From positions 48,918,001 to 48,982,000 of the forward strand of contig OX597824.1 of assembly GCA_951406725.2 (NCBI GenBank): 64,000 nucleotides of DNA, read 5' to 3'. Of this stretch, positions 12,584 to 26,738 are shown one piece after another (the stretch's first letter is position 1; each line of letters opens with the position of its first letter). The notes beneath the pieces were generated by a model. That model was not told where the DNA came from. It searched no databases and saw nothing but the letters and a program-made list of their open reading frames with translations. The DNA comes from Octopus vulgaris. Lineage: Eukaryota. The translations under genes were made by a program, and so were the position numbers.

Positions 12584-13079
12584 GGAGATAGTGAGTATGA
12601 AAGAAAGACTGACAGAAGGAAAGAAAGCAAAGAGAGGCTGAGAGAGGAGAAAGAGAGAAATAAAAATGGTTTATATAATGCTTTTGATACTGATGTGGTG
12701 TGGAGTTGGTAGTGATGACGGATGATGTCGGTGTTGATACTGATGGTGATGATGGTAGCAGTAGTGGTGGTAGTGGTGGTGGTGGCGGCGGTCGCCGTCG
12801 TCGTTGTGGTGTCGATTTTTTTTTTGTCTTTGCTTTTTCGTTTTGTTTGTTGTTTTTTTATAGTTATGTTGATAGAGATGGTTGGCAGTATTGACGATAT
12901 CGGTGAATTTCGTAGTGGTGATGGAGTGTTATCAATGATTTTCATATCGATTTTGGTTAAAAGTAGTGGCAATTGTAGTGCAGGTGACTGGTGGTAGTGA
13001 TTGCGAAGAGAATGATGGGGTGATGGTGAGGTGATAGAAGTACTAATACAGACACATTTTCGGTAGGGGGTGATGGTGG

Positions 13080-13385
13080 TGCTGGTGTTGGTGGTGGTGG
13101 TGGTGATGGTGATGGTGGTGAGTAGTGGCGATGGTGGTGGCCGCGGTGGTGGTGGTGGTGGTGGTGGTGGTGGTGGTGATGCTGATGGTGGTGAGTAGTG
13201 GCGATGGTGGTGAGTAGTGGCGATGGTGGTGGTGGTGGTGGTAGTTGTGGTGGTGGTGGTGGTGGTGGTGGTGGTGGTGGTGGTGGTGGTGGTGGTGGTG
13301 GTGGTGGTGGTGGTGGTGGTGGTGGTGGTGGTGGTGGTGGTGGTGGTGGTGGTGGAGGTGGTGGTGGTGGAGGTGGTGGTGGTGT
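13080..13385. repeat. (GGT)n microsatellite tract
   Basis: Direct reading. Confidence 0.95.
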
Positions 13386-14032
13386 AGTGGATTGTGCTAA
13401 TAATGGTTATTTCGGGAGTGGTGTTCATAATATTAAGAACAGTGAGGATGATGATGCTGAGTTTGAAGTAGTGGTAATAATCAGGTGGCGGTGATGGCGA
13501 TGGTGTTAAAAGTGCTGTTTCTCCTGCTGGCGGCGGCGGTGGTGGAGGTGGAGACAGTTGGCTGGCTAGCGGGAGGTTCGGTTGGTTGGTTGGTGCGGCT
13601 CATTGGGAAGAATAGCTACTGTAATATTGTTTGTTGATCTCCCGACAACTGCAGTAGCAGCAACAGTAGCAGCAGCAGCAACAACAACAACAACAGCAAT
13701 AATAACAATAACAAGAGACAGACCATTCAGAAAGAATTATTGATGAGAAAAACAATCTATCGTCATCACCATCCTCCTCGTTCTCATCCTTGTCCTCATC
13801 CACATTTTCATCCTCATCATCGTCATCGTCATCATCGTCGTCATAGACATCGACATCGTCGTCGTCATAGACATCGACATCGTCGTCGTCGTCATTTATC
13901 GTCACTGTTATCATTATCGTCATCGATGGCAATATGAAGACTTTGATCGATCAAGTTGTTCTTCTCCGTGTTCTGCACTCACACGAACCGGGAACTAGAA
14001 AAGAGGCTGAGAGACAAGCAGAGAGGGAAAAA

Positions 14033-14164
<132 letters not shown>

Positions 14165-14214
14165 ATAGACGGACGGACGGACAGACAGACAGACAGACAG
14201 ATAGATAGATAGAC

Positions 14215-14285
<71 letters not shown>

Positions 14286-15334
14286 GAGGGAGGAGTGGGT
14301 GGGAGAGAGGGAAAGGGGGAGATGAAAGGAGGTGAGAGAGATACAAGGATACTTAGAGGGAGAAACAGAAATCGGCAGAGAGAGAGAGAGACCGACAGAC
14401 AGATAGAGAGAGAAGTGAGGAAGAGAGAATACGGACAGAATGTAAAATGGAGAACTAGAAAAACTTGACATGAGCAGCTTGAGAGAGGAGTGTGGAGAGA
14501 GCGAGAGACAGACAGAGTGTGTGTGTGTGTATGTGTGTAAGGTGGAGAATGAGAAATGGAAAAGCTAAGATAAATATAGTAGAGAGAGAGTGTGAGTATA
14601 GGAAAGAATAAAAACAAAGAGAATGAGAATAAGTAAGAAGAGAGAGAAAAGAAGGATTAAGAGAGAAAATATCTTTAAAAATGGTGAATAAGGTGAGAAA
14701 GAAGATGATGGGTACCAGTAAGAGGGAATGAGGAGGGTGAGTAGAAATGACAGAGTAGAAATGACAACTAGAGAGGAGGGAAGAAGAAGGAGGAAGAAGA
14801 CGAAAAGAAGTGTAGGAGGGGAATAAAGAATGGGGGAGAAAAGGAGAGAAAATGAGTAAGAACTAGAGAGAGAAACATAGAAGAGAAGAGAAGAGAAAAA
14901 GAGTTAGAACCAGAGGGAGAAACGGAAGGTGGGGTCAGGTTGGAAAAATATATAAAACACAAAAAAGGCTGAAAGGGATAAACATATAGAAAGAATGGAA
15001 GGGCTTAAAAGGATAATACCAGGAGAGAGAGGGAGGCGTAACGGTTAAATAGAGGAAAGTAGTGTGAGAGAAGTCAGAAAGAGAGAGGAGAGGAGAGAGA
15101 GTGGCAGCCAATGAAGAGGAGAGAGATAGTGAGAGAGGTAGAGAGGAAGAAATTGCACGTGAGACACAGAAAAGATACAATGTATTGAAACAACTGTACT
15201 GTTGTAAGGTATTACTTCCTTATTACATACATATGTGCATACACACACACACACACATATGTGTATATACATATATATATATATATATATAAATATATAT
15301 ATGGGTGTGTGTGTGTGTAAATAACACACACACT

Positions 15335-15373
<39 letters not shown>

Positions 15374-16071
15374 TGTACATATATGAGAGCGGAAGAAAAA
15401 GAGAGAAATGAGATGAAATAACATCAAAGAAAGTGGAGGATAGTAAAAGAGAGACGGGAAAGGATAGAGAAATGAAGACAAGGTTAGTGGAGGTGCATAG
15501 ATGAAATGAGAGGAGTGGTGGGTAGAGACATGTAGCGAAATGGACTGGGGGGAAACGAGGGAGGAAGTCGAGATCAGTGACAGGGTAGGAGGAAAAGTTG
15601 ATATCAAATGGCAAAAGAGAGACTGAAGAGAAGGAAAGGAACGAGTAAGTGATAAGGAAGAGGAGGAGGAGGAGGAGGAGGAGGAGGAGGAGAGACGGAA
15701 AGCATGAAAAATAAGTCGAAATGAGATTTGAAGAATTTGAAAGATCAAAGAAATAGCGTTGGGGTGGGCAGAAAAAAGGAGAAAGAGGGAAAAAGTAGAG
15801 AATAGCAAGAAAAAGGTGAAATGATATCGAGGAGGGGGAGATAGAGTGAGGTAAGATGAAGATATATATGAAGAGAGAGGAGTGAAAGAAAAGGATGGGA
15901 GAAAGAAGATTGAGTTTGGGAAAATGAAATAAGAGAGACGTGGAAACATGAAGAGAGAGAGAGAGAGAGAGGAGTGATGAAATCCAAATGATGGTAGAGT
16001 CAGTATGAAACGAGTGACAGAAACAGAACTCTGTGTGTGTAGAGAGAGAGAGAGGGGGAGAGAGAGAGAGG

Positions 16072-16109
<38 letters not shown>

Positions 16110-16594
16110 CAAAGACAGACAGACAGACAGAAACAGAGAGAGAGAAACAGATAGACAAACAGACAGAAATGTATCTATCTACAAATGAATGAATGAATGA
16201 ATGAATATAAAAAGGCAGAAACGGAAAAGGAGAAAAATGTGAAAACGGCAAGAGAGAGCGGAAATAGAGATGGAGAACGTCAGAGAAAGAGATGAGAGAG
16301 GTGAGGGCCAAGGAATTAACATGAGTGAAAAGAGAAGAATGAGAGATAGAGGGAGAGGGATGGAGAGAAAGAGAGCGTCGTAGAGTGAAAGAAATGGATG
16401 GAAAATATTGAGATGTGTGATGTGAGAGCGGAGAAGAGAATGTGATGTGAACGCGAGAGCAAGACGAAAGAGGAGAAAGAGGTGATAATTGTGAGAAAAG
16501 TTAGAGGAGAAGAAGTAGAGATTAGAGGTGAGGGAATGGCGAATGGAAGAGAGAGCAAAAGAAAAGGAGTTCAGAGACAGATAAAAATAATTAC

Positions 16595-16626
<32 letters not shown>

Positions 16627-17121
16627 GCACATGTGTATGTATTTATCTACATATATATGCGCATGTGTGTATTTTTATATGTGTGAGTGTGTGCATGTAT
16701 AAATGTATAAGTGTAATAAGAGAAACGAGGTGCCATGTGAATGCTCCAATGAAGGAGAAGCAACGATATGCAACAGGAGCGGAGAAGGCAGAGTGGCAAA
16801 GACTGCTTTTTCTTTTTCTTCTTTTTTCTTTTCTCTCTCTCTCTCCTATATATCTAACTAGTGTTTGTACAGCGATGCACTCACTCGCCAACCGCCTACG
16901 CTCTCTACACTTGCATTATTGATTTACATTTCTTTCTCTCCTTTTCTACCCATCTGTCTTTTCCACTCGTACCTCTAGTCAAAACACAACTCCAGGCACG
17001 TGATTACCTGTCCATCTCTCTCACTCCCCTTTATTTGTCTGTCTCTCTGTCTCTCTCTATCTCTCTTTCCTTGTCTTTTTCCCTCTCTGTATCTGTCTCT
17101 CCATCTATCTGTCTCTCCCTC

Positions 17122-17199
<78 letters not shown>

Positions 17200-17703
17200 T
17201 CTACCTATTTTTGCCAGCCATCCTCACTTATGATCACTCTCTTCCACTTTCTCACTACCCTCATTCATTATCACATACACACACTCTCAAACACACTCGC
17301 ACACACACTTTCTACCAACTTCAGCCTTCGTTACATTTGCTCTCCCTTTTACACTCACACCTTTCCTATCTTTAGCTCCCCTGCCTTTCGTTTTCTCTCT
17401 ATCTCTATCTCTCTCTCTCTCTCCGCTCACTCTCTCTCTCCGCTCACTCTCTCTCTCTGCTCACTCTCTCTCTCTGCTCACTCTCTCTCTCTCCGCTCAC
17501 TCTCTCTGTCTTCATCTCTTTTCCCTCAATCCTCTCGCTTTCTCCTCCTTTTCCTCTCTCTCACTCAGACACTTTCGCTACATGTTATATAACCACGTTA
17601 ATTCCAAACTGTTTCCCATTTGTCATTCATTCTCTCTTTCCTACCCTCTCCCTCTCTCTTTCACTATCCTCTGCTTTTCTTCATCTTCACCATATATAAT
17701 TTG

Positions 17704-17741
<38 letters not shown>

Positions 17742-17977
17742 TTCTATTTCACTGATTCCATTCTCTTGGTTGTGGTCATACTGAATAACTTTCTATTATA
17801 TAATCGTCTGCCTACCTAAAGCCTCCCGCTTTTATTTCTTTCTCGTCATCCAGTTCTAATTATGAACAATATACCTACACCACAAACACACGCAAACATA
17901 CACAGATATGTACAGAGATGCACACACACAAACACACACATACACGCATTATATATATATACATATACATATATATG

Positions 17978-18045
<68 letters not shown>

Positions 18046-18095
18046 TAGGTTTGGTAGTGCAAGCAGTAATCAGTAGAGCTAGAAGGTCGGCCATA

Positions 18096-18150
<55 letters not shown>

Positions 18151-18212
18151 TTTATGGGGTCAGTTTTAATTTATAGACTAGTTTATCAAAAGATTTGATA
18201 AACTAGTCTATA

Positions 18213-19505
18213 CGAGGGGCGTTCAATTAGTAATGCTCCTAACCCTCTCGCACTTGTTTGATCTAGCTGAAATTTTGCATGTGCAATTACTTATATCGCT
18301 ATAGATTAAGTGGCAAATTACAGCTCTGAACTAATTGTGGTTTCTGATTTACGGGTGTTTAAACTGAGTCAAGTGTGAAATGGAGCTTGTTGAGTGTCAA
18401 GCAGTGATCCGGTTTTTTGTATTTGAAAGAACGCACACCACGGGAGACTTTTGATGAAATGAAAGTAACTTATGGTGATGATGCCCCATCATATGACCTT
18501 GTAAAACGCTGGCATTGTGAATTCAAACATGGTCGGAACTTTGTGGAAACAGCTCCCAGATCTGGTCGCCCCTCTTCTGCCATTGATGAGGCATCTGTCC
18601 ATCAAGTTGAGGCTGCTATTTTGGAAGATCGACGCATAGCTATTCGCTAAATAGCCCATGAGGTCAAGATTAGTACCGGATCTGTGGAAACTATCATTCA
18701 TGACCATTTGCATATGCAAAAGGTGTCTGCCAGATGGATTCCCAGGTTGCTCACACCTTTCCAGAAGCAAAAACGCGTCGAGTGCTCGAGGATGAATTTG
18801 GAGATGTGCCAAGAAGATGAGTCAAAATTTTTCAAATGACTGATTACACAGGATGAAACCTGGGCCCATCATTATGATCCAGAGACCAAATCCCAGTCAA
18901 TGCAGTGGAAGAACCGTGATTCACCTCCTCCAAAGTAGGCAAGGGTGCAGCCCTCCGCTGGCAAGATCATGCTCACAGTCTTCTGGGACTAGGACGGAGT
19001 AGTGATGACAGATTTCCTGGCAAAGGGTACCACAATTACAGGAGCCTATTAAGCTTCACTTTTGAGGAAATTAAGAGAAGCTATCAAAATGAAGAGGCGG
19101 GGCAAGATCAGCAAAGGCATCCTCCTCCTGCAGGACAACGCACCGGTCCACAACTCGCATGTCGCCAGATAAGAAGCGCAGGCGTGCGGCTATGAACTCT
19201 TCCCCCATCCTCCCTGCTCTCCTGACTTTGTACCCCCTGATTTTCACCTCTTCCCAGTCATGAAGTTGTTTTTGAAAGGAAAGCGTTTTCCAGATGATGC
19301 AGCCTTGATTTCTGGAGTCACGTCGTCGTTGAGGACCAAGGTGGGGTCTTCTACAAAAATGGTCTCGAGAGCTGCATCAAACGATGGGAGAAATGCATAA
19401 CTCTGGGTATTTTCTATGCAGAAAAAGACTAATAACTGTGCCAAGTTTCGTTGCTCTACTTCTATGGGAAGTGGGTCAGGGGCATTACTTATTGAACGCC
19501 CCTCG
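18213..19505 (+). mobile_element. Full-length mariner transposon (1293 bp), defective
   Basis: TIRs cgaggggcgttcaattagtaatgc / gcattacttattgaacgcccctcg; TA target duplication at 18211-12 and 19506-07. Confidence 0.97.
18380..19432 (+). pseudogene. Mariner DDD transposase pseudogene
   Basis: HTH (RSGRP), WIPRLL, ITQDETW, LLQDNAPVH and HPPCSPDFVPPDFHLF motifs, with several stops and frameshifts. Confidence 0.95.
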
Positions 19506-19680
19506 TAAATTAAAACTGACCCCACAAAAACAAAAAATCAATGACAGATAGAGTCTTAGTAGCTTCTATACTGGAGTGAAGGCAGCATGTTCTTGTCTAT
19601 CTCCTTACCTTCTTGGAGATTTTAGGTAAAATTATACTAATGTGTCCACCTGTTTTAATTTAATTAAATTCTATGTCTTT

Positions 19681-19768
19681 GTGCAGCTGAGGATTGCTCT
19701 GCATTTAGATTGATGTAATGATTGCATTGTTAAATTAAATGGAGTTGCATGAAACGATCGTACTGCAT
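19681..19768 (+). ncRNA. Type I hammerhead ribozyme with long stem II
   Basis: gtgcag CTGAGGA ttgc...(57 nt, self-complementary)...gcat GAAA cgatcg TA ctgcat. Stem I 5-6 bp, palindromic stem III ACGATCGT, GUA triplet. Confidence 0.8.
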
Positions 19769-19799
19769 TACCTCTGAATATCCTTGTTGCTTATTTTGA

Positions 19800-19903
<104 letters not shown>

Positions 19904-20060
19904 CGTGTGTGTGTGTGTGTTGAAGGTTATGTACACACTCTTGTATTATTTTTAATTGACAGAAGTTACAAAGTGCTTCAAAAAAACCGAACGTTTTGTG
20001 CATGCCACTTTTTCAGAACCATGAACCAAACTCTCGAACCTTGAGTCACATTGTAACTTC

Positions 20061-20095
<35 letters not shown>

Positions 20096-20147
20096 TTAAT
20101 AATGTTGATGATGATGATGATGATGATGATGATAACAACAACAACAA

Positions 20148-20855
20148 AATGAAACCCTTGATCATGTTGTTTCCAAGTGCAGTCTTCTTGCGCCTACAGA
20201 GTATCTCAACAGGCATGATAGAGCTGCACAATATATTCACTGGGTAATGAGCAAAAACCTGGATTTGCCCCATGAAAAAAACTGGTGGGAACACAAACCA
20301 CCTCCAGTGCTTGAAAATGATCGCATCTCACTCCTCTGGAACTTCACCATTCAAACTGACAGAAAGATAGACGCGAATAGGCCAGACATCATATTGAAAG
20401 ACTTCAGACAAAAAAACATGCCTCCTCATTGATATGACTGTCCCAATCGACATAAACGTATCTGTCAATACCAACCAAAAACTGAGTAAATATAAAGATC
20501 TTGAAATAGAAATCAGCAAAATGTGGAACCTGACGACTAAAACAATACATGTTGTCAAAGGTGCCTTGGGAATGATAGCAAAAGGGGCTGATTGCTACCT
20601 AACTCAGATACCAGGAAACCCAAAAATAGCAGAAATTCAAAAGATAGTACTCATGGGAACTGCTCATATCTTACGCAAAATACTTTCTATGCAATCTCAC
20701 GTTTTAAAACAAACATAATTTCCGTATGGTTTTTTAGACATTCACCAGTACAACACTAAGTACAAAACCAAATATATGGCACCCTAGGCATAACACCAAC
20801 ATGAACTTCCAACTTGTTGTCTCTTGAGGTTTCTGGGCGAGACTTGGAGCCAAAT
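20148..20855 (+). mobile_element. 3' end of an R4/Dong-type non-LTR element (restriction-like endonuclease)
   Basis: ETLDHVVSKC..YLNRHD, LLWNFTIQTDRKIDANRPDI, DMTVP, KLSKYKDL and GALG RLE motifs; one frameshift. Confidence 0.9.
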
Positions 20856-23800
20856 TTCCTAGCACATCCTCATTGTCTGCGTCCTTTCTCAGCAGTGTTA
20901 CCACACCCCGGCTAACAGCACTAGGTATTCTCTCATTCTACCGCCAGTTGCTGTAGACATCTGCCAAAAGGCTGCCAAACAAATCTGGCATGAAAACATA
21001 GAATTCGTAGGGCAGACCATCCAGACATAGGCGATTTGCGTCTTGTGCGATCGCTCAGTAGCTGTAATCAACTCGTGGTAGGCCGACTAGGTACGAAGTA
21101 AAGTCCGCTGCCGTCATCGACCCATCAACCTCACCAAACAGCCGCGCAAAGTGCTGCTGGAAAGTTGCACACGTCTGCTCTGAGCAGAGTAGCACGTGTC
21201 CGTCCTGATCCGTCAAATATTTGATTTTGGTTTTGTTTCCACGTCGCGTTTCTACCGTTCGGGCCCATCAGATGGGTTTAGTTCCTTCGTGTTTTAGCGC
21301 ACGCGCCTTAGCTCTGACAACTCACCCTTTGTGTATCGCCTCAAAGAAATCGTCAAGGGCCATTCTCGCCGCTAACGCGTCGATCGTGATGTCTTTACTA
21401 ATAGCCTTTTCTATCTTGCTAGCTAGTTCTCCCTCTAATCTATTTCTTTCTATTGCTAAATCTTTACTAAAGGCTATTGATTCTACTCTAATTGTTCTCT
21501 TTAGAGCGATCCATCACCGGTTGTTGACGACAGCCCCCGTCAACTGCCGCTTAACTAGTTCACTAATCCGGTCCCTGTAGTCTTTGCGAGCTGGTAAGGA
21601 CGCATTCACTTTCCAGCAACCGGGTCCCTATCTACGGTTCTATCTAAATCGACTGAGCACATCCCAAATTTGTGATCTGTGAAGCCGACCAATTTAAATT
21701 GTCGACAATCTATGCTATCCCTATCCTCTGACCTAGCAAATACTCTATCTAAATACGATCTGGATGACCCACTGTGATTGCTCCATGTCCATACTGGCAC
21801 ATCAGAGAAATCCAGTCGGTACCTGTCAGAAAGCTGGAAAGTCCTGAGCAGGTTTTCGAGGCTTTTACACCCACTTCTACTAAACCCACATAGTCCTTCC
21901 GTGCGTCCAAAATACTATTCCAGTCCCCCACTAGTACTAAAGTGCGAGACGTTCCCAAGAATGTTTCTAGACGCCTGAAGAAATCTGGCCATCCAGCCCC
22001 TGTTGGGGTATAAACCGCCACCATTGAATGGAACTTTCGCTACCATTCACATCCAGAACTACCACCCTATCATCCGGGTCCAGGAGGATAGCCCGTACTT
22101 GGAGATCTAAAGATTTCCGGAGTAACGCTGCTACACCGCCACCCGCTCCTGATAGACCACAAGATGAAAATACCTCGTAGTCCTCGAAAGTGGATGTAAA
22201 AGCGTATTTTCCGGAGATCCTTGTTTCACTAATGGTAGCCACATCTAAATCAATCGACCTGAGATCATTGAGCAAGTGACCTTGCTTCCAAGCTGATCCC
22301 AGGCCACGCACATTCACACACCCCATTCTCAGCACAGGCATGCTAGTTGGAGAAAGAGAAAGAGGAGGTTACTAACTTGATTTTAGAGAAACCCGGGAGT
22401 TCCGGGCCTCTCTACTGACGAAAAATTTTTTAAAGGCCCTTCCAACAGCTTTTTATCAACTGATTTTTTAACAATCCCTACACTACAAGGGATTTTTTCT
22501 CTTATTGTTTTATAAACGTCTGACGTCGTTTTAATTAAAAGTCTGTTCTAGGGGATTTTGAGGACGAAATCCTCAAATTCCTTTCCCTCTCTCTCTCTAT
22601 TTTGTTTTTGTTTTAACTTACACAATCCATCAATTCACTGTTACACTTGTCCACAACAGTGAAATTGATGGATACATCTCGTCTACAGTCTGATGAATAT
22701 TCCTGTTTTTGAAGTTCTGTAATTGGTTGTTTCTTTGAAATCATGTTTCTGTGATATCATGTTGTTGACAAAGTTACTGTTTTTGAAGTTGTTGTTCTTG
22801 TTCTTGTTTTTGTTGGAGTGGTTGTGAATTGTGTTGCAGTTGTGGATTCAGAATATGTTTTTGTTGATTTCTTGGAGGAGGACTATGTACTCTCCTCCTT
22901 TGTCTAACCCCTTTTAGTCACTGCGATCCATTGATCATTCAGCTCTTCTTTCTCCATTTCATTGCAGTTGATGCTGGTTCGGGAGGTAGAGCATTCAGGA
23001 AACGCTTACTTTTCCGTGGCAACTGGATGTAGACTCCTTCTTTGTCTTGGTTTGGGAGTAGGTGTGTGCGTGGGTGTGGGTGTAGGCGTAAGAATTTTGA
23101 GCACTTGTTTATGGTTTTGCGCTTGTGGTGTTTGTAATGTTGGCAGCAGTGGGACTTTATTTTTTTCTTGTGTCAGGACAGAAAGCCTTTGAGTTGCGGA
23201 TTCACGTATGTGGTATCTTGGCATTCTACCCTACACAAACACTGACAGGTGAGTACCATCCGGGAGAGCGATTAGATTGGGCATTACCAGGTCAGTTCTA
23301 TACCTACACCTATAGGTGACTTCCAATATTGTGACTTCGTCTTCTTCTAAGATGGTCACCACTTATCAGGTAATGGATATTTCTGCCGGCACATTCAGCA
23401 CCCTAATCTTGGCTAGGCATTGGCCGCGATAGCTGGGGATTAAGAAAAGTTGTAAATCTTTAAAGTGATCACGGGATTACATGTAGTTCTTCTTCCGTCC
23501 CAAATCTCACCTCAATAGTTCCAAACTTCTTTCATCGGGCGATGTGGATCTTTTGTTCCCACACGCACCCAAGGCATTTTAACATTTCGCTCTCAGGAGG
23601 ATTTTCCACCTGCCGAGAGTTTACTCTGATGCAACGATATATTACCAAGCATCTTGCGATATTTTCTATCACGTCCGATGGAGGGCTTAGAACTACCCTT
23701 CTCCCATCTCTTTTTACACTTTTTCTTGCCAATTTTAATTCTTCTTCATCTACGTGGAAACTTTCCCTATTTCCCGCCGCAAATGCAAAAGAAGCGGAGG

Positions 23801-24235
23801 CGATATTTGCATTTTTATGTTTCATTTCTTTCGTAGTTTTGTTGTTATTGTTGTTGTTGTTGCTGCTGCTGCTACTGTTGTTTTCGTCGTCGTCGTCGAC
23901 GGCGTTGTCGCCATTGCTGCTGCTGTTGCTGTTGATGTTCTCGTCGTTGACACCGAAAGTTTTGACGTTGCTTAGAGACGAAACATTATTCGCCTCGGTG
24001 ACGTCATTAGGTTTAGGCCATTCCATATTCTTATTCTCAATTTTTGCCGACAAGGAGCCCGTTCCTTTTTCGAACATTATGATGGCTTCTTTATCAGCCA
24101 TCTTTAAATAATTAGAAAAGTTGCCAAATAATTGCTTTTGCCGGAAGTAGTTAGAATTCAAAAATTATTGATGCGCACCCCCTGCAAAACGAGATGTTTC
24201 TACACAAAAATACTCTCTGTGCAGTCTTCTCAATT
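20855..24235 (-). mobile_element. Tx1/L1-clade LINE remnant: ORF1, APE endonuclease and start of RT; 3' part missing
   Basis: APE motifs NVRGL, SET, GGVA, GDWN, YLDR and TDH at 21620-22341; WKVNAS linker; GLPYEFY and GVVTLLRK pre-RT motifs; ORF1 remnant at 23532-24161. 5' boundary approximate. Confidence 0.88.
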
Positions 24236-24264
24236 TCAGAAATGCAATGGTAACAATAAAAATG

Positions 24265-24696
24265 GGATCTTTTCGGTTTGAACGGCAGTTTTTTAAAATA
24301 ATTTCCGCGTAACTAAACACTTTCAAACTTCGTATACTGGTAGAATGTGTTTATAAAACATTTTTTTCTCCTGGCCTTATTGAGAAAATTCTATAGTTTG
24401 TAAGATATTTGTTGTTTTTTTCTTCAATTTCTGCAATTTCAACCAATCAATGACGTCTATTTGAGGTGAAAACATTCTGTGCCGTATGAATATGTCCCTC
24501 GTTTAAGAAACAGATTGGGTTTATTTACATTTCTGAAGAAAAAAGATACCCTTCCTCCCACCCCTAACCCTAACCCTAACTAACCCTAACCCTCAAACAG
24601 ATTGAAATGCAATAGATCGATACTAAGGTCATAATTATGGGTGACAATTTCATATGACACCGCTAGAAAAAACTGCTGTTCAAACCGAAAAGATCC
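24265..24696. mobile_element. 432-bp MITE with ~30-bp TIRs, 8-bp TSD and internal (CCCTAA)n
   Basis: TIRs ggatcttttcggtttgaacggcagtttttt / aaaaaactgctgttcaaaccgaaaagatcc; perfect TSD taaaaatg at 24257-64 and 24697-704. Confidence 0.92.
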
Positions 24697-24814
24697 TAAA
24701 AATGAAAACTCGGGGCCTTAGATGGCCAAAAAGATTACAATTCCTTTTCCCACTTACGGAGCACCGAATTTCCGTGGCTTTACAGTATAGCGGCCATAAT
24801 AATAATAATAATAA

Positions 24815-24935
24815 TAAATGCCCCGATGCAGTACCAGGTGTACCCTTATCTGAAAGGTAGTCATGATGGTTATATTGCGCTTCGTATATTTTACCCCAGT
24901 GTCACTTTGATAGCATGCGCTGCTCTCTCAATCAG
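24815..24935 (+). mobile_element. Short 3'-end fragment of a (TAA)n-embedded retroelement
   Basis: Reverse complement of 38250-38350; (TAA)n on both sides. Confidence 0.7.
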
Positions 24936-24959
24936 TAATAATAATAATAACAATAATCT

Positions 24960-25365
24960 TTACTACTGAAGGCACAAGGCCTGAAATTTTTTGGTGGGGG
25001 CGAGGAACTAGTCGATTACATCGACCCCAGTGTTTCACTGGTATTTAATTTATCGACTCCGAAATGATGAAAGGCAAAGTCGACCTCGGGGGAATTTGAA
25101 CTCAGAACGTAGCGACGGACGAAATACCATTTAATATTTCGCCCGGCGTGCTAACGATTCTGCCAGCTCACCGTTTTAATGCCGCTAAATATGCCTTTCT
25201 ACAATAAGCACAAGGCCTGAAATTTTAGGGGAGGGGGTAAGTCGGTCACATCGAATCCATAGCTTGACTGGTACTTATTTTATTGGCCCTGAAAGGATGA
25301 AAAGTAAAATGGACCTAGGTAGAATTTCAACTCAGAACGTAAGGACGGACGAAATGCTGCTAAGC
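24960..25365 (-). mobile_element. Two tandem SINE family B copies
   Basis: Homology to 7610-7815 and 35860-36048. Confidence 0.8.
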
Positions 25366-25603
25366 ATAGTGTGTGTGTGTGTGTATGTGTGTGTATTTAA
25401 CTTTTACCTGTTTCAGTCGTGCTGGAACATTGCCTAGACAAGTCTAGTCGAACGAAGCGACCATCAGTGCTTATATTTTCGGCGAACTGCTAAGTTACGG
25501 ACAACAAACCAACAACGGTTGTCAAGCGATGGTGGAGGAAAGGCATAAACACAAAAACATACACATAGATTTATACGAAGACACATATACACACACACAC
25601 ACA

Positions 25604-25663
<60 letters not shown>

Positions 25664-26619
25664 TCTGCTAGTGTAGTGAATGGGGAAAGCTTGGTTAGCA
25701 ATATTTGCAGTCGTGTATGCTTGTCAAGAGCAGGGCTTATTAGCCACCAACAGAGCGGCAAATGCAAAATATAAGTTATTCCTAGGGGGCACAATGTTTC
25801 TGAAGGTCAGCAATGGTCTTCTTCGGTCACGAGTGGACGGCCATCATGTATGTATATTTACACGACAGGCTCCTTTCAGTTTCCTGCTATCAAATCCACT
25901 CACAAGGCTTTAGTAGATCCGGAGCTGTAGTAGAAGACACCTGTCCATGGTGCCACGCAGTGGGACTGAACCCGGAAACACATTGTTAGGAAGCAAGCTT
26001 CTTGCTACACAGTTGCGCCTGTATGTATGTATGTATGTATGTATGTATGTATGCCAAAAGAGCTGAGATTGCTGTCTTTCACGTTATCTCTGATCATGCA
26101 AAATGAAGCAGTATGACGAAGCCTCTGAGTAGCAACATCAGAGAACAAGTTCAGTTCTACGCATTTGAGAAACATCTATTTATTATAACACCTCCCATCC
26201 GACTTTCAAGGGACATTAAAATCCCCCGAGAGTCGGGAGAATTTTGTATGAGGTTTAACACACAAAAGGACGGTATTTCAAATAGTGATATTCCCATTCA
26301 TTATTATTCCTATAGGCGTCGATTCACGTTGATGATAGTCAACATCTACAGCGTGTATAGAAATGGCAAGAATTTCAAATACAATTCTTTTCTGTTGATA
26401 AACACAATGTTTCTCAGAAACAACCCTATATCCGAGTAAACAAACATATATTTTCTTCTGATGTATATTTCTGGATTCGTTTATCTGTGTCGCAGCGTTT
26501 ACATTATATTTGATGTAGGTTTGGATTCCATATAATACATGGAAATCGATTTAGCTCTTTGGTAAATAGAATATTTCACGGAAACAAATCTTGCTGTGTC
26601 TAATAAATATATGCGCACG

Positions 26620-26738
<119 letters not shown>

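Noticed and set aside
11896-13428. 510-aa ORF and similar long ORFs (15045-16112, 55748-56824, 62967-63563)
   Set aside because: Composed of translated microsatellites (poly-T, SIYL, HT, YI, poly-I); open only because the repeats lack stop codons
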